Assembly (NCBI RefSeq): GCF_009914755.1
Contig: NC_060929.1
Strand: one strand, 5' to 3'
Origin: the human T2T-CHM13v2.0 reference genome, Homo sapiens
Length of the DNA: 64,000 bases
This document shows, in pieces, positions 1 through 12,814 of this stretch. Numbering within the stretch: the first letter of the stretch is position 1; each line of letters opens with the position of its first letter. Below the pieces are notes generated by a model. The model made no database searches. It was not told where the DNA came from and saw only the letters and a program-made list of their open reading frames with translations. The translations under genes were made by a program, and so were the position numbers.

Positions 1-2639
1 TTCAAAAAGTAACAAAAATACTTTTTTGACAATTTGTCCTGCTTTTTCAGTTGTGATCTTCAGATATGAAAAATCATCCCTTCTCACTTTCTTTTTTTTT
101 AATTGCACCTTCTAATATTTCCAAAGACTTAGTCTTGCCCTGACTTAGTCATTGCAAAACTGCTGGGCTTCATGTACTTACATCTTTTAAACTTTTTCTT
201 ATCAGCAGATTTTTCCAATTCCTTCATAATTCTCTTGGGAGCCAAACTCCTTTAATTATCTGAGAATGCCAGGATTGAAGCAGGACATACATCTCCATAG
301 ACTAGTATTTAATAGGGGTGCACACAACATGGAATCACTTATTCAGGCTGTTGGTTCAGGCAGTAGCTTTAAGTGTGAAACTTAACTGAAATAGGTTTAT
401 TTATTTAGTTTTAATTCCTGCCTGATCAGGAAATTTGACCACATACATAGCACAGTGGAAATTACATACCTTTTGAAATCTGTGAAACTTAGATAACAGC
501 TTCATGTCAAACTTTCTGTTACCTCCACAAGTTCATGACAATATATGAATTTTATTTTTTTCTCTGTGTGTTGGGAATTTTAAAAAATGCTTTCATATCT
601 TAACATGATCCATGAGGAAATTTTTTTTCTGTTCTCAGTGCCAGGGAAAGCTGTAGTATTTCTTGTTAACTTTCTTTTCTTTATTTTTTGTTAATAGAAA
701 CCAAATTGTGTAACTAAACTTATCCCACACTTTGATTTGGCTGCTAAGCAGCTCAAAGCCAAATTGTCAGCCCAACTACCCAATAGTCTGAACTCCTATT
801 ATGTATTATTAAGTACTAGCTGAAAATATTACTCTAAATTATTTATCTTTATATTTTTTCTTCATTTATTTGTTTTGCTCTTGCTTTATAGCATTCATTA
901 ATATAAGCCACTTATAAGTCCCACTTGGAAGTCAAGAATAAGAAAATTAATGAACTAAAATGCTATAACACACATAGTATAGATTATGTTATTTAAGTTC
1001 TGTAAAATACTAAAATATAGTGCCTTGCAAAGACGAAGACTCTATTAATATTTTACCCTTTCTTTCTTCTCCATTGAGACCAAAAGATGAGTCTCATTTT
1101 TTAAATTAACTTATTAATCTCAACAACAATTATGCAACTTCAATATTATGATGATTTCAACTGTCCATGAAATTTTGAAAAATTGGGTTCAAAGACCCGT
1201 TTGTAAAATCTGGGTGAAATTATTACACCCCTTAGAAACACTGCCACTACCTCTCTGTAGACACTTGACTTCTTCACTAGCACAGTTTTCGTATTAAACA
1301 CTGCCCCTCCATGTTATATGGAGGATGAATTGGATGAGTGAGTGAGGGGAAGCAATGATAATGACAGCAACGAAGAAAAGAAAAACGAACTGTCTATATG
1401 GCAATAGAAATAATGTGAACTGGTAGGAATAAAAGATATATGTAAAATGTAGGATTTTTTTTATCTACTGGAGACATCAGCCTTTACTAGATGATTCCCA
1501 TCCTAATTCAGGACTAGGGAATTCTATGTATTAGTATGGCTAGGATCGAAGTTTGAGGCCATCAGCAAATAAGTTCTTGATTTTTTTTTTTTGCATAATT
1601 CTCTGCCATTTGTAAAACATTAAGAATTAGTCAGATAGAAGTTTTTTTTAAATTATTTAATTTTACTGATAAAGTTAATATTGAAGAAGAGGCTTAATAT
1701 AAGAACTGACTATTCATACTAACCCCTCCTAGCCCATGTGCCTAGGCCTTAAAATATCTTACCTTAGGATTAATTTGAGTATTAGCACATACCCATTTAA
1801 CCAGCAGGTTACCAACATCACGGTGTGAAGAGAGGGAAGTGAGAGACTGAGTATCCTAAATTTACTGCCTTGCAATATACATGAAACGCAACTCAGAAAT
1901 TAACTTTTAACACCTGTTTAGGTTCTCCATCATGAGGAGTAGTAAGTAGATGGGCAACAGCATAGGAGTATTCAGGCCAGAATCTCACTTTATGAAAACC
2001 AGAACAATGGGATTATAGAAGGTTATGTGTAATGATTGCAAGATACATATTATAGTAATAGCAAGACAAAATATACTATAGAGGAAAATGCAGATGGTGA
2101 GATTAAGAAATCCATACAGGCATCAGGGGCTGACTTTGGGGATGGATGATACAAACTTGTGGTTGTCATGGTCCACAATTCAGTCAACGTGGACTTTAAG
2201 GGAGACACACAGATGGTGAGCCTCATCATCTATACCGTCTGCCCAGAGCATCTCAGAAACAACACACCTTTTTTCCTTAGTCAATGATAAATAAAACTAG
2301 CAGAGTTTGACATAAGGAATCTACAAGCTGCTGATGTTTTCACTAACTAGCCTTGAATTAAACTGTCAAGGACCCGAATCAATATAGGTTTCCTCTACCC
2401 TTCATTAGGGCGTGTTCAAGATAATGAGCTAATTTACTCAAAGCAATTATCTTTGTTTATTAACTGGTGTTAAGTTAAAAAAAATGTTCTTCTGATACTC
2501 CTTTATCTCTATATTTCTTGCTATTGGCCTAACCTAGACTCCCAGTACAAAAGGCTCTGGAATGGTGCCCCTACATCCAGATGATCCTCTACCATCACCA
2601 GTGATTTTTCTAAAACCACAACTGAACTCTTCCCCATTA

Positions 2640-2760
2640 AAGTGAAAGTCCTGGCAAGGACTGTGCCAGTCATGCTCATTTTAGTGTGCTTGGTACCAAG
2701 CACCTGGCTTGGCATATGGTAAGCCTTCAATCAATATTTGTTGAGTGAATTAATGAATAA
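2640..2760 (+). mobile_element. L2 LINE 3' end fragment
   Basis: ...agcacctggcttggcatatggtaagccttcaatcaatatttgttgagtgaattaatgaa resembles the L2 3' terminus; boundaries approximate. Confidence 0.6.
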
Positions 2761-2896
2761 CTGTTTGTGTTATTATCTATCTTTTAAATAAAATTAAACC
2801 TCTAAGTCACTTCAATGTGTGTAGTTTACTACCTGTACAAATTCCTTAAATGATACCCAATGAACTTGGCAAGTTGATTCCAACCTACCATTTCTT

Positions 2897-3350
2897 TAAT
2901 TTGTTCATCCTTTTGTTCATGTGCTGGGTCATGTTTTGTGTGCAAGGATATGGCTGTAAACAAAACAGACACATTACCTCAGATTATATTCCTGTGAGAG
3001 ACAAATGAGAAAAAAATAAAAACATAACATACTAGGTAGGGGCATATGAAAATAAAAACAACTGGGCAAGGAGAACACTTCTAGTCAGGTAAAGTCTCTC
3101 AGATAAAGTGGCACTGAGAAAAGACATAAGTAAATGAAGACATCACTTATGCTATATCACAGGGGAAAGTGTTCCAGGCAACAACTCTGAAGACGATGTA
3201 TTCCTCACTGGAGATTGTGCTAGACATTTCATGAAACTAAATATTAAGGCTTCTACTCTGGGTAAAATGGAGAACCAATGGAGAATTTTGGCAGAAGACA
3301 GAGATGATCTACTGGGTTGAAAAATAATGTAGGTAAGAGAAGGATGACAG
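2897..3350 (-). mobile_element. degraded L2 fragment
   Basis: Antisense L2-like tracts (gtaaacaaaacagacac; tagtcaggtaaagtctctc; ggggaaagtgttccaggca); boundaries approximate. Confidence 0.5.
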
Positions 3351-3593
3351 CTTGGGACACATTTAAGTGTTCATCTTAAGAAATTTCTTGTAATGTGATA
3401 AGTTGAAAAAGATATACATCATGTTCATTATATTACTGTTTTTCACTATATTTGGGGGAAAAGTTACTAAATATCTAACAATAGAGACATACATGAAATT
3501 GAATAAAGCCAGTCAAATACAAATAAGGTAATAATTTGTATGTGTTGATATGCAAAGATGTTGTGACCTAATGTAACTAAATAAGACAAATTA

Positions 3594-4009
<416 letters not shown>

Positions 4010-4198
4010 TCACTTTCTTATTTTAAAACTTTTTAATATTATTTTATTATATTTAATTATAATTATTTTTGTTCTACATGTACTGAATGCCTGATATATG
4101 TATGTCTTTTGATAAGTACTTGTCATGATATAAAAATAGATTGCATGTGTTCTCCATCTTCGAGGAGCTTAGTCATGAATGATTCTCTTACTGTATAT

Positions 4199-4640
4199 TG
4201 ACAGTGCAGGAGCATCGTCATCTTGGACAAACACTGCCATTTTAAGTTCCCCTTGATTAAAAACTGCCTAAATCTGGCCCAAAAAACATCAGCCTAATGG
4301 CTAATGTCAGCATGATCATAAACCACAAATGATACTTCTGACCAGACACATTCTGACACTGATAAATCCCCTTCTGACCAGAAAGATGCCAGCCCCAATC
4401 TAATCTCTCTTCCTACTAGAAACATTCCAACCCTGCAATAAAACTCTCCTCCACCCAGAAACATTCTGAGCCTGCAATAAGCTCTTCCTGCCTAAACCCT
4501 TAAATTCCCTTAGTCTGTAAGAGAGAATGCTCCTGATTGAAACTGGCCAGAAGCCCCTCTCAGGTTTATTCTCCAAAGTAAACTTGTCTTGGACTATTGA
4601 GCTGCTTTTTGTGTTTCTTTCTGCTTTCTTTGACTGTACA
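4199..4640 (+). repeat. 5' LTR (LTR19-like)
   Basis: tgacagtgcaggagcatc...gactgtaca; direct repeat of 12368-12814; contains short internal tandem units (ctgaccagaaacattccaaccc-like); family name from memory of the consensus. Confidence 0.92.
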
Positions 4641-4642
4641 TT

Positions 4643-4660
4643 TGGTGCCGAAACCCGGGA
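4643..4660 (+). promoter_or_regulatory. Primer-binding site, tRNA-Phe
   Basis: tggtgccgaaacccggga is the exact complement of the 3' 18 nt of tRNA-Phe(GAA), 2 nt after the LTR end. Confidence 0.95.
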
Positions 4661-4937
4661 CAGGTATTTGGGGTAGAGGTTCTCTTGCAATCCAGGAAAG
4701 AGTGGGCAGTGGCACCTTGTCCCAGGCTAACTCCTGGATCCTGAGGGTCTTTTGCCACGCACCCCATCCTTTCTCTCTTAACTTTTCAAGTGATTTGCCA
4801 GGTGTTGGGGGTAGAGGCTCTCTTGCAACCCAGGAAGCAGTGGGCAGCAGCAGCTTATCCCAGGCTAACTCCTGGATCCTGAGAGTTTCTGGCTACAAGC
4901 CTGTCTTTTCTCTCACTTCAGTTTTTGAGTGATTTGC
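4661..4937 (+). repeat. Tandem duplication (138 + 139 bp) in the proviral leader
   Basis: 4661-4798 and 4799-4937 both run caggt...ggggtagagg...tcccaggctaactcctggatcctgag...gtgatttgc. Confidence 0.9.
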
Positions 4938-5178
4938 ATGAGGATGACTAATCTGAAGGGGACGGTGAGTCTTTGGCCGGGGCTACTCCCTGGTGGGCTC
5001 TCCAAACCCTCAGGTCCCAGGAACCCACCTCTGACCACCTGCAATGGGTATTTCACTCTCTAACTCTTGTCCCCAATTCCTCCCTCTTCTCTCTCTCTCT
5101 TCCTTACTCAGCTCCAGTCTGGGAGGCCCTTTGCCAATTTCAACCCGAACATCCAACATTGGACACTAATCCAGCTGC

Positions 5179-5187
5179 CTGGTAAGA
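5179..5187 (+). promoter_or_regulatory. Probable major splice donor of the provirus
   Basis: CTG|GTAAGA consensus donor in the leader, upstream of the gag ATG. Confidence 0.5.
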
Positions 5188-5405
5188 TTTGCCTCCCCTG
5201 GTTTTTTCATGGTGCCCAGGAAAGTCAAGTCTGCCATCCCAGTCCTCAGAGGACCAATGGGAGTACGTTAGAAGAAATCTTGGGGATGCCCAGTTTCTTC
5301 TCAGCTTAACCATCCTCTTTATGAAGAGGATTACAGGTCTTTGTTTTTTGTCTAGGGACACCTAGAACAAAAACAGACACCCTTGGCCTCTTCTTACCAG
5401 TCCAC

Positions 5406-6948
5406 ATGGGTGCCAAACAATCCCACATTCCTAGGTCCTCCCCACTGGGCTGCCTCCTTCATAACCTCTCCAAACTGGGCTTACAGTGGAGCCTAAGCCA
5501 AAGCATTTAGTTTTTTATTGCAATATGGCCTGGCCCCAATACAAATTAGATAATGACAGCTGATGGCCTGAAAAACAGCACCTTTGACTTTCAAAGTCTC
5601 AGGGATCTTGACAACTTTATAACCAGGAATGGCAAATGGCAAGAGGTTTCCTATATTAAGGCTTTCTTCTACCTTAAATCCCAACCCTCCCTATGTCAAG
5701 CTTGCACCCCTCATGAAATCCTTCTTCTTAATGAAAACCCTCCCCAAACCTCTGTTTTTTCCAAAACCCCTTCCTCTGAAGCCCCTTTCGATTCTGCAGA
5801 TGAACCACCTCTGTAGTCTCAACCCCCTGTATCCATTCCTTGACTGTCTGAACCCTCCATCCCTGTGGCCCCTCCTGCTTCCAAGCCTTTAGCCCCAAAC
5901 CCTGCCCCTCCTCCTTCTCCACCTGCTACCCTTTCAAACACTGCTCCAACCAGACAAATCACTTCTGCCATTCTACTTTCCTGGGAAGTGGCTGGGGTTG
6001 AAGGTACTGCTCACATCCATGTCCCTTTCTCCATGTCTGATTTGTCACAAATCAAACAACGCCTGGGATCTTTCTCTGAAAATCCCTCTTGCCATGGCAA
6101 GGAATTCCTGCACATAACCCAATCCTTTAATTTAACTTGGCATGACATTTACATAATTCTAACTCCACCCTCACTCCTGATGAAAACTAGTGCATCTGAC
6201 ATTCAGCTGAAACACACGCAGATGAACTCCATAATCAAGCCCCTATACAAAATCCAGTGGCCAATGATGCAGTCCCCCATAGAGACCCAGATTGGACTTA
6301 CCAACAGGGAGACAATGGCATCAGGCAAAGAGACCACAGAGTACCTGTCCTCAAAGGCATGGACAAAAACACCTATAAGGCATTTAATTATGAAAAACTC
6401 AGAGAAATTACACAAGAGTTCTAGAAAATCCTGCCCTTTTCTTATAATGCCTCACCGAAGCTATGTTAAAATATACCAATTCAGACCCAGAATCTAGAGA
6501 CGGTCACCCTTTTCTACACCTCCAATTTATTTCCTAATCTGCCCTAGATATCCAGAAAAAGTTGTAAAAGTTAAAGGAGGGTCCCCAGACATCTCAGTGG
6601 GACCTCCTAAATGTGGCCTTCCATGTCTTTAACAGCAGAGATGAGGAACAAAAAATTTAAAAAGACAAACATCTCCATGTAAAATACCAGATGCTTGCCT
6701 CTGCTGTCCAAAAGTCAGTTGCACAAAAACCTCCCAGTAACCCAAAGGGAAAGTCCCAGACCTCTTCGGGAGTTTGTCTCTGATGGTCCCCCACCAAACC
6801 ATGTCCAACTTGTGGTCTTTGGGGACCCTGGAAGATAGACTGCCCCCAACAGGGACACCTTCCGCATTTGGGTGCAGCTCATAATGAAGCCCCCTGACCA
6901 TCACAGGAGGAAACCTCTTCACCGCTGTTGCTGACAGCTGATGACTGA
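5406..6948 (+). pseudogene. gag: ERV gag (disrupted)
   Basis: MGAKQS start with myristoylation Gly; MA-like FDFQSLRDLDNFI..GKWQEVSYIKAFF; Pro-rich spacer; CA-like HVPFSMSDLSQIKQRLGSFSENP; degenerate zinc knuckle; ends GAC TGA in frame with pro; several stops and frameshifts. Confidence 0.9.
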
Positions 6949-7330
6949 GGGTGCCTGGGATCTTTCACTCCCACATCTACTCAGTCCATGGAACCCAGAG
7001 TAATTGGGAAGGTATCTGGTAAGATTATTTCCTCTCTTTTGGATACTAGGGTGAGTCTATCTGTATTAACTGAATATCAAGGCCTATTAGAATGTTCATC
7101 CATTTCTGTTGTTGGCATGAAAGGTATACAAGAATCCCCATACAAAACACCACCTCTGTACTGCTCATTTCAGAGTAACCTTCCTTCAGTCTTTCTTGGT
7201 CACTCCTCATTGTCCTATTCCTTTACTAGGAAAGGGCATCCTACACAAACTGGGAAGAATCATTCATTTATTGGCCTTACAACAAAGCCACCCTTATTTT
7301 TTATTATTTCAAGAACAGGACCCTTCCTCA
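6949..7330 (+). pseudogene. pro: ERV protease (disrupted)
   Basis: EPRVIGKVSGKIISSLLDTRVSLSVL (DTG degenerated to DTR), flap-like VVGMKG, LLGKGIL in a shifted frame; 3' boundary approximate. Confidence 0.85.
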
Positions 7331-10300
7331 GACACTTGGCATCAAAAAGACTTAAGTCCCAAATAACTCAGCCAAGTAAATCCCATAGTGTGGAACACCA
7401 ACTCCCCCATGGTAGCTACCCACCATTCTCCAATTCAAATTTCACTGAAAGATCCTAAATGCTGTATAGCAGTCCCACAATATCCCCTCAACCCTAATGG
7501 ATTATAGGGACTCAAGCCCATCATCTCCCGACTTTTGGCTGCCAGTATTTTAATCCCCACCATTCTCCCCAGAAATACTCCTATTCTCCCAATTAAAAAA
7601 ACTGGATGGGTCCTATAGACTGGGATTTACGACAAATCAACTCCACTATTTTTCCTGTTTGTCTGGTTGTCCCAAAGTCCTACACCCTCCTATCATGAAT
7701 TCCTCCCAACACTAGCCATTTCTCTCTATTAGACCTCAAACATGCCTTTTTTACTATCCATCTACATCCCTCCTCTCAAAAACTTTTTGCTTTCACCTGG
7801 ACTGACCCTGACATAGGCTATTCCCAATAATTCACCTGGACTGTCCTCCCCCAGGGGTTTAGGAGCAGCCCTTACTATTTTGGTCAGGCACTTCAGTTGG
7901 ACCTTTCCCAACTATCTCTACAACCTAGCGTTTTGCTTCAATATGTGGACAATTTACTTCTTTGCAGCCCCTCTTTAGAACATTGTCTTCAACGCACCAC
8001 CAGGCTTTTAATTTTTTTGGCTACCAGGTATCCAAAAAGAAGGCCCAATTAACCTCTCCAAAAGTTTCATATGTATGATTAATCATAACTCCAAACACCA
8101 GAGAAAATTCACCAGCATTAAAGCAAGGCATTCAACAAATCCCATTTCCTAAAACAAAAAGGGACTTACTTTCTTTCTTTGGATTAGAGGGATATTTCCA
8201 ATTATGAATAGCAAATATTGCCATCATCTCTAAACCTCCTTATGAACACACAAAAGGAAATCTTGACCAACCACTCACTCCCACCGAGACCTTTATCATG
8301 CTTTCTCTCACCTAAAATGTGCCTTATTACAGTCCCCCCCTTTAGGCCTTCCAATCCCCCTAAGACCTTTTCATCTATATTTACACAGTTTTGATAATCA
8401 GGCCCTTGGACTATTAGCCCAACCCATGGGAGATTCCCTTCAACCAGTGGCATATTTTTCAAAACAACTAGACCCCATTTACAAAAACTGGCCCCTTTGC
8501 TTAAAAATGTTTGCCATACCCTCTTTAATTATCCCTGAGGCACAAAATCTCACTTTCTATGGACCCCTTCAGTTATTTTCTTTTCATAGTCTACAAGATA
8601 TGCTCAGCCATAAGGCACTCACTTCCATCTTGTCCTCTCACATACAAGCCTTACATTCAACTCTCCTTCAGGCCCCTATCTCTCTTCATAGATGCTCCTC
8701 TTCCAAAATCCTGCTACTCTTTTACCTTCAACACAGATTTTGGACCCTGACAAACACTCGTGTTCTGATCCAATTCACAGTTCTTGCACCATGTTTCACC
8801 ACATTACTTCCACTCACATAAAGGGAGCCCCCGATTTGTTTATAGATGGTAGCGCATCAAAAAACCCTCCCCTCCAAGCAGGATATGCCATCATTGAGAG
8901 ATATTATGATGATACCCACTCTCTCCCACCTAGAAGAGTTGTAGAGGCTGCCCTCTTGCCTTTGGGCACATCCTCCCAACAAGCAGAGTTAATTGCCCTA
9001 ATAAGAGCACTAGCGCAAAACACACAAGTTAATATATACACCGATTCTAAATATGCCTGTAACATCATCCATTCTAATGCTCAGATCTGGAGTGAGCAGG
9101 GCTATCTCAGGGCTAAGGAAACTCCTATTATTAATGGAAAACTAATCCATCATCTACTAAAGGCAATACTACTTCCAGAAAAGTCTGCAGTTATCCTTTG
9201 CAAAGGACATCAATCAGATAAAGGCCACATTTCTTTAGGGAGCCATGAGGCTGACTATTGGGCAAAACACGCCTCAACCAATCATCCAATTCCCCAATAT
9301 CTATTTCCCTTCACACAACATATCCCCTCCTTTTATCCAGAACACCAAATACAACAACGAATTGTGGCAGGAGCACAATTCAAACCCCTTGTACTCATTC
9401 ATACAAAACAAATTAGTCTCACCTGACCCTGAAAAAAACAACTCTTTTATGGGACATCCATAACCTCTTCCACACTAGCCATTCCCCTCACCGATTCATA
9501 AGTTCACACATACACATAACCCCAGATATAAAGGAATAGTTAAAAACCGTTTCCCATTAATGCTCTATTTGCCAGAAAGCTTCACCCCAGTCCAACACTA
9601 GACCCCCTTCTTTCCCAACCCATCAAGCCAGGGGACATCTTTCAGGACAGGACTGGCAAATTTATTTTACCCATATGCCACAAGTAAAAAAGGTTTGATT
9701 TCTTTTGGTTCTGGTTGACACCTTTTCAGGATGGGTCGAGGCTTTTCCCACAACCAACAAACAAGCTTCTACTGTTACCTCCAAATTAATAACAGAAATC
9801 ATCCGTGGGTACGGGATGCCTCTTACTTCTCAATTTAATAATGATCCTGAATTAGTTTCTCAAATTACTCACCCACTTGCACAATTCCTACAAATCATCT
9901 GGAAGCTACACATCTCCTATCGACCTCAATCTTTGGGAAAAGGTGAAAAAATGAATGGCATTCTGAAAAACACCCTCACCAGGCACTCACTCCAGACACA
10001 AAGACTGGGTTACACTTTTACATTTGACCCTTCTAAAAATTCAGTCATTGCCATGTAAACCTTGCTCAGCTCCTTTGAACTCATGTATGGGAGACCACTT
10101 GCCCCTTTTGTTCCACCTCAGGGTCAAGCCCCACCTCTACCAACCCCTCTTGTTTCCCCTCTTCTACATACCATCTGCCATCTCATTTGGGAATATGCTG
10201 ACAAATACCTGCCACAACCTGTTGCTGACTCCTCTAATCCCTTCCTACAGCCAAGAGACTGGGTTCTGGTTAAAGATCCTAATCTTACCTCAAATTCCCC

Positions 10301-10539
10301 CCCACACACTTAAATGGAAGTGGCCTTACCAGATCATCCTTACTACACCCAGGGTACCAAAACTCCAGGGACTCCTCAACTGCTATCATTATACTTCTCT
10401 CAAGGAAACAGACTTCCCTTCACCAAACACCCAAACAACCAAATCTAAAACACTTTCAGCCTTCTCTTATGTCTTCACAGGACTCATTTCCCTTCATCTC
10501 ACTCAAATCCCAGAGGAAAAGGAAGAGAAATTCACCTAA
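7331..10539 (+). pseudogene. pol: ERV pol: RT, RNase H, integrase (disrupted)
   Basis: RT LDLKHAFF, LPQGF, YVDN (7942-7953, YxDD mutated); RNase H FIDGS/QAEL/YTDSKY; integrase VDTFSGWVEAFPT, YRPQSLGKGEKMN, GPY/F-like WPYQIILTTP; many stops and frameshifts. Confidence 0.93.
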
Positions 10540-10546
10540 GAAGCTT

Positions 10547-12352
10547 ATGTCTCTTTCTTTCCCAAACTTTCATTGCTTCCTAAACATCCTTGTTACAGAC
10601 CTTCAGTGGTACCCTTACAAAACTCCCATTATACATTCTGATCAACTCCTTACTATATTCCATGGGACTTACGGCTTCAAGGAACTTTCCAGGACTGTAC
10701 TCCTACCCAAATAACTTTTTCTATTTTTGCTTGTTTCTTTCAATATAAATTCTCTAATCACATTGACCTCACCAATACAACCACTCCTCACTGCTCTCAA
10801 ACTGGAATGCTCTATAAACCTTACATGATCCCTTGTGCAGCAAGCTAACTCTTCCTTTGCTCCAGAAGACTGGATGTGTTATCGCTGTCTTCCTCAGCTT
10901 TCACAGCATTTCCTACACCCCTTTATTACCTTTTAACAGGAAACATAATCCTAATCTATAAACTCCAGAAAAGAAGCTTCCTTTTTGGAAAGAGCTGACA
11001 CTCTGGTGGGTGATTATCCTACTTCCAGGGCCAATCAGGCCAACAAATTATTTCAAACCTATTACAACTCCTCAAGCCCCACGGCCCTCCTATTGAAAGG
11101 CTCATAACTAAACACATCCCTCGTTTACAACAAGCCTCACTTTGCTTTTCAGCCTCTGAGGGAAATTTCCCTGTAGGGTCCTTAACACTCAACCAATGCA
11201 ACCATACTATCATTGTTAAACACCGCTCTGATCGTCAAAATTAACTGAGTTGACTATCAAGTATCACCTGAAGCAAACAGAGCATTTCTGCAACCACCTT
11301 ATTTTACAGCATCTCCCTCAACCGATGCCTCTGGCCTAACTTATGCTGTCCCTAGTGCCCACCTTTACATAGCTCAATATCAGTGGTACAACATCCGATC
11401 ACATTAAATGTGTGAAAAATAACTCTTCCTATATCTCTGCTATAGTGGGTGCCTCCCTAACCTCCTCCTTGTTCACCTGGAGTAATGAACCACAGGAAAG
11501 AAAAAACACCTCATTTTTAATTCACCTGTTTTCTTTCCATATCTCTGTCTGTATTCATGACAAAGGTTTATTCTTTTTGTGTGGCACCAACACATATCTT
11601 TGTCTCCCCACCATCTGGGCTGCAACCTATACCCTAGTTTATCTTTCTCCCTCTATTGGACTAGCTCCTCCTAGTCAACCTCTGCCCATTCCATCCATCC
11701 AATATGTTAGGAAGAAGAGGGCCAGCCATGCCATTCCCTTGATGGATACCTTGGGTATAACCTCAGGACTTGGATTGGGAGCAGGTGGATTGGCCACTTC
11801 CTTAACATACTTTAAAGCTCTTTCAACAGAACTACAGGGTTCTTTAGAAGATACAGCCTGAAGCCTTTTAAGAGTCCAAGACTAACTAGGCTCCTTGGTT
11901 GGAGTAGTCCTCCAAAATAGATGGGGACTAGATCTCATAATGGCTGAAAAAGGGACCTCTGCCTCTCATTGGGTGAGGAATGTTGCTTTTACCTCAACCA
12001 TTTGGGCTTAGTAAGGGACACTACTGAAAAACTTACAGAAAGGGGTAAAAAGCTAAGGGAATACCAAAGCAACCAAATAGATTCTTGGTTTGGGAACAAA
12101 ATCATAACATGGGTCATCCCATTCCTGGGCCCTCTCCTAATGATATGCCTAGGACTAATATTCTTACCCTGCCTAAGTAAGCTTTTTTCAAAGATTTTTA
12201 ACTGTCAGGATAATTGTCATTTCACAGACAACTACCCAAAAACATCTATAGACAGCATTATGCCTACAGTCAATCTGAGACCAAAGAACTTTCCACACGT
12301 GCCTCAGCAGGAAACAGCCAGAAAGAACACAACACCCCTTGTCCTTTTATAA
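10547..12352 (+). pseudogene. env: ERV env (gamma-type, disrupted)
   Basis: Furin site RKKR (11709-11720), fusion peptide, ISD LQNRWGLDLIMAEKG (from 11910), GEECCFY, TM WVIPFLGPLLMICLGLIFLPC; 5' boundary approximate. Confidence 0.9.
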
Positions 12353-12367
12353 TGATAGGGTCTGCAT

Positions 12368-12814
12368 TGACAGAAGAGGAGTATTGCCATCTTGGACAAA
12401 CACTGCCATTCTAAGTTCCCCTTGATTAAAAACTGCCTAAATCCAGCCCCAAAAACATCAGCCTAATGGCTAATGTCAGCATGAACTTAAACCACAAATG
12501 ACACCTCTGACCAGAAACATTCCAACCCTGAGATGAGCCTCACTCTGACCAGATACATGCCAGCCCTGAGATAACCTCCCCTCTGACCAGAGATATTTCA
12601 ACCCAGCAATAAAACTCTCCTCCACCCAGAAACATTCTGAGCCTATGATAAGCTCTCCCTCCCTAACCCTTTAAATACCCTTAGTCTGTAAAAGAGAATG
12701 CTCCTGATTTAAATAGGCCAGAATCCCCTCTCAGGCTTATTTTCCAAAATAAATCTCTCTTTTTTACTGTTGAGCCACTTTTCGTATTTCTTTCTGCTTT
12801 TTTCAACTCTTACA
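12368..12814 (+). repeat. 3' LTR (LTR19-like)
   Basis: tgacagaagaggag...actcttaca; AATAAA at 12748-12753. Confidence 0.92.

Larger units (their letters stand above)
4199..12814 (+). mobile_element. Full-length defective class I ERV provirus, HERV-F group (HERVFH19/LTR19-like)
   Basis: Two ~445-bp TG...CA LTRs, tRNA-Phe PBS, gag-pro-pol-env remnants in order, flanks tatat (4194-4198) / taaat (12815-12819) consistent with a 5-bp TSD with one mismatch. Confidence 0.95.

Noticed and set aside
4597-4932. ORF with an internal peptide repeat (SQANSWILRV twice)
   Set aside because: A by-product of the leader DNA duplication; non-ATG start inside the LTR
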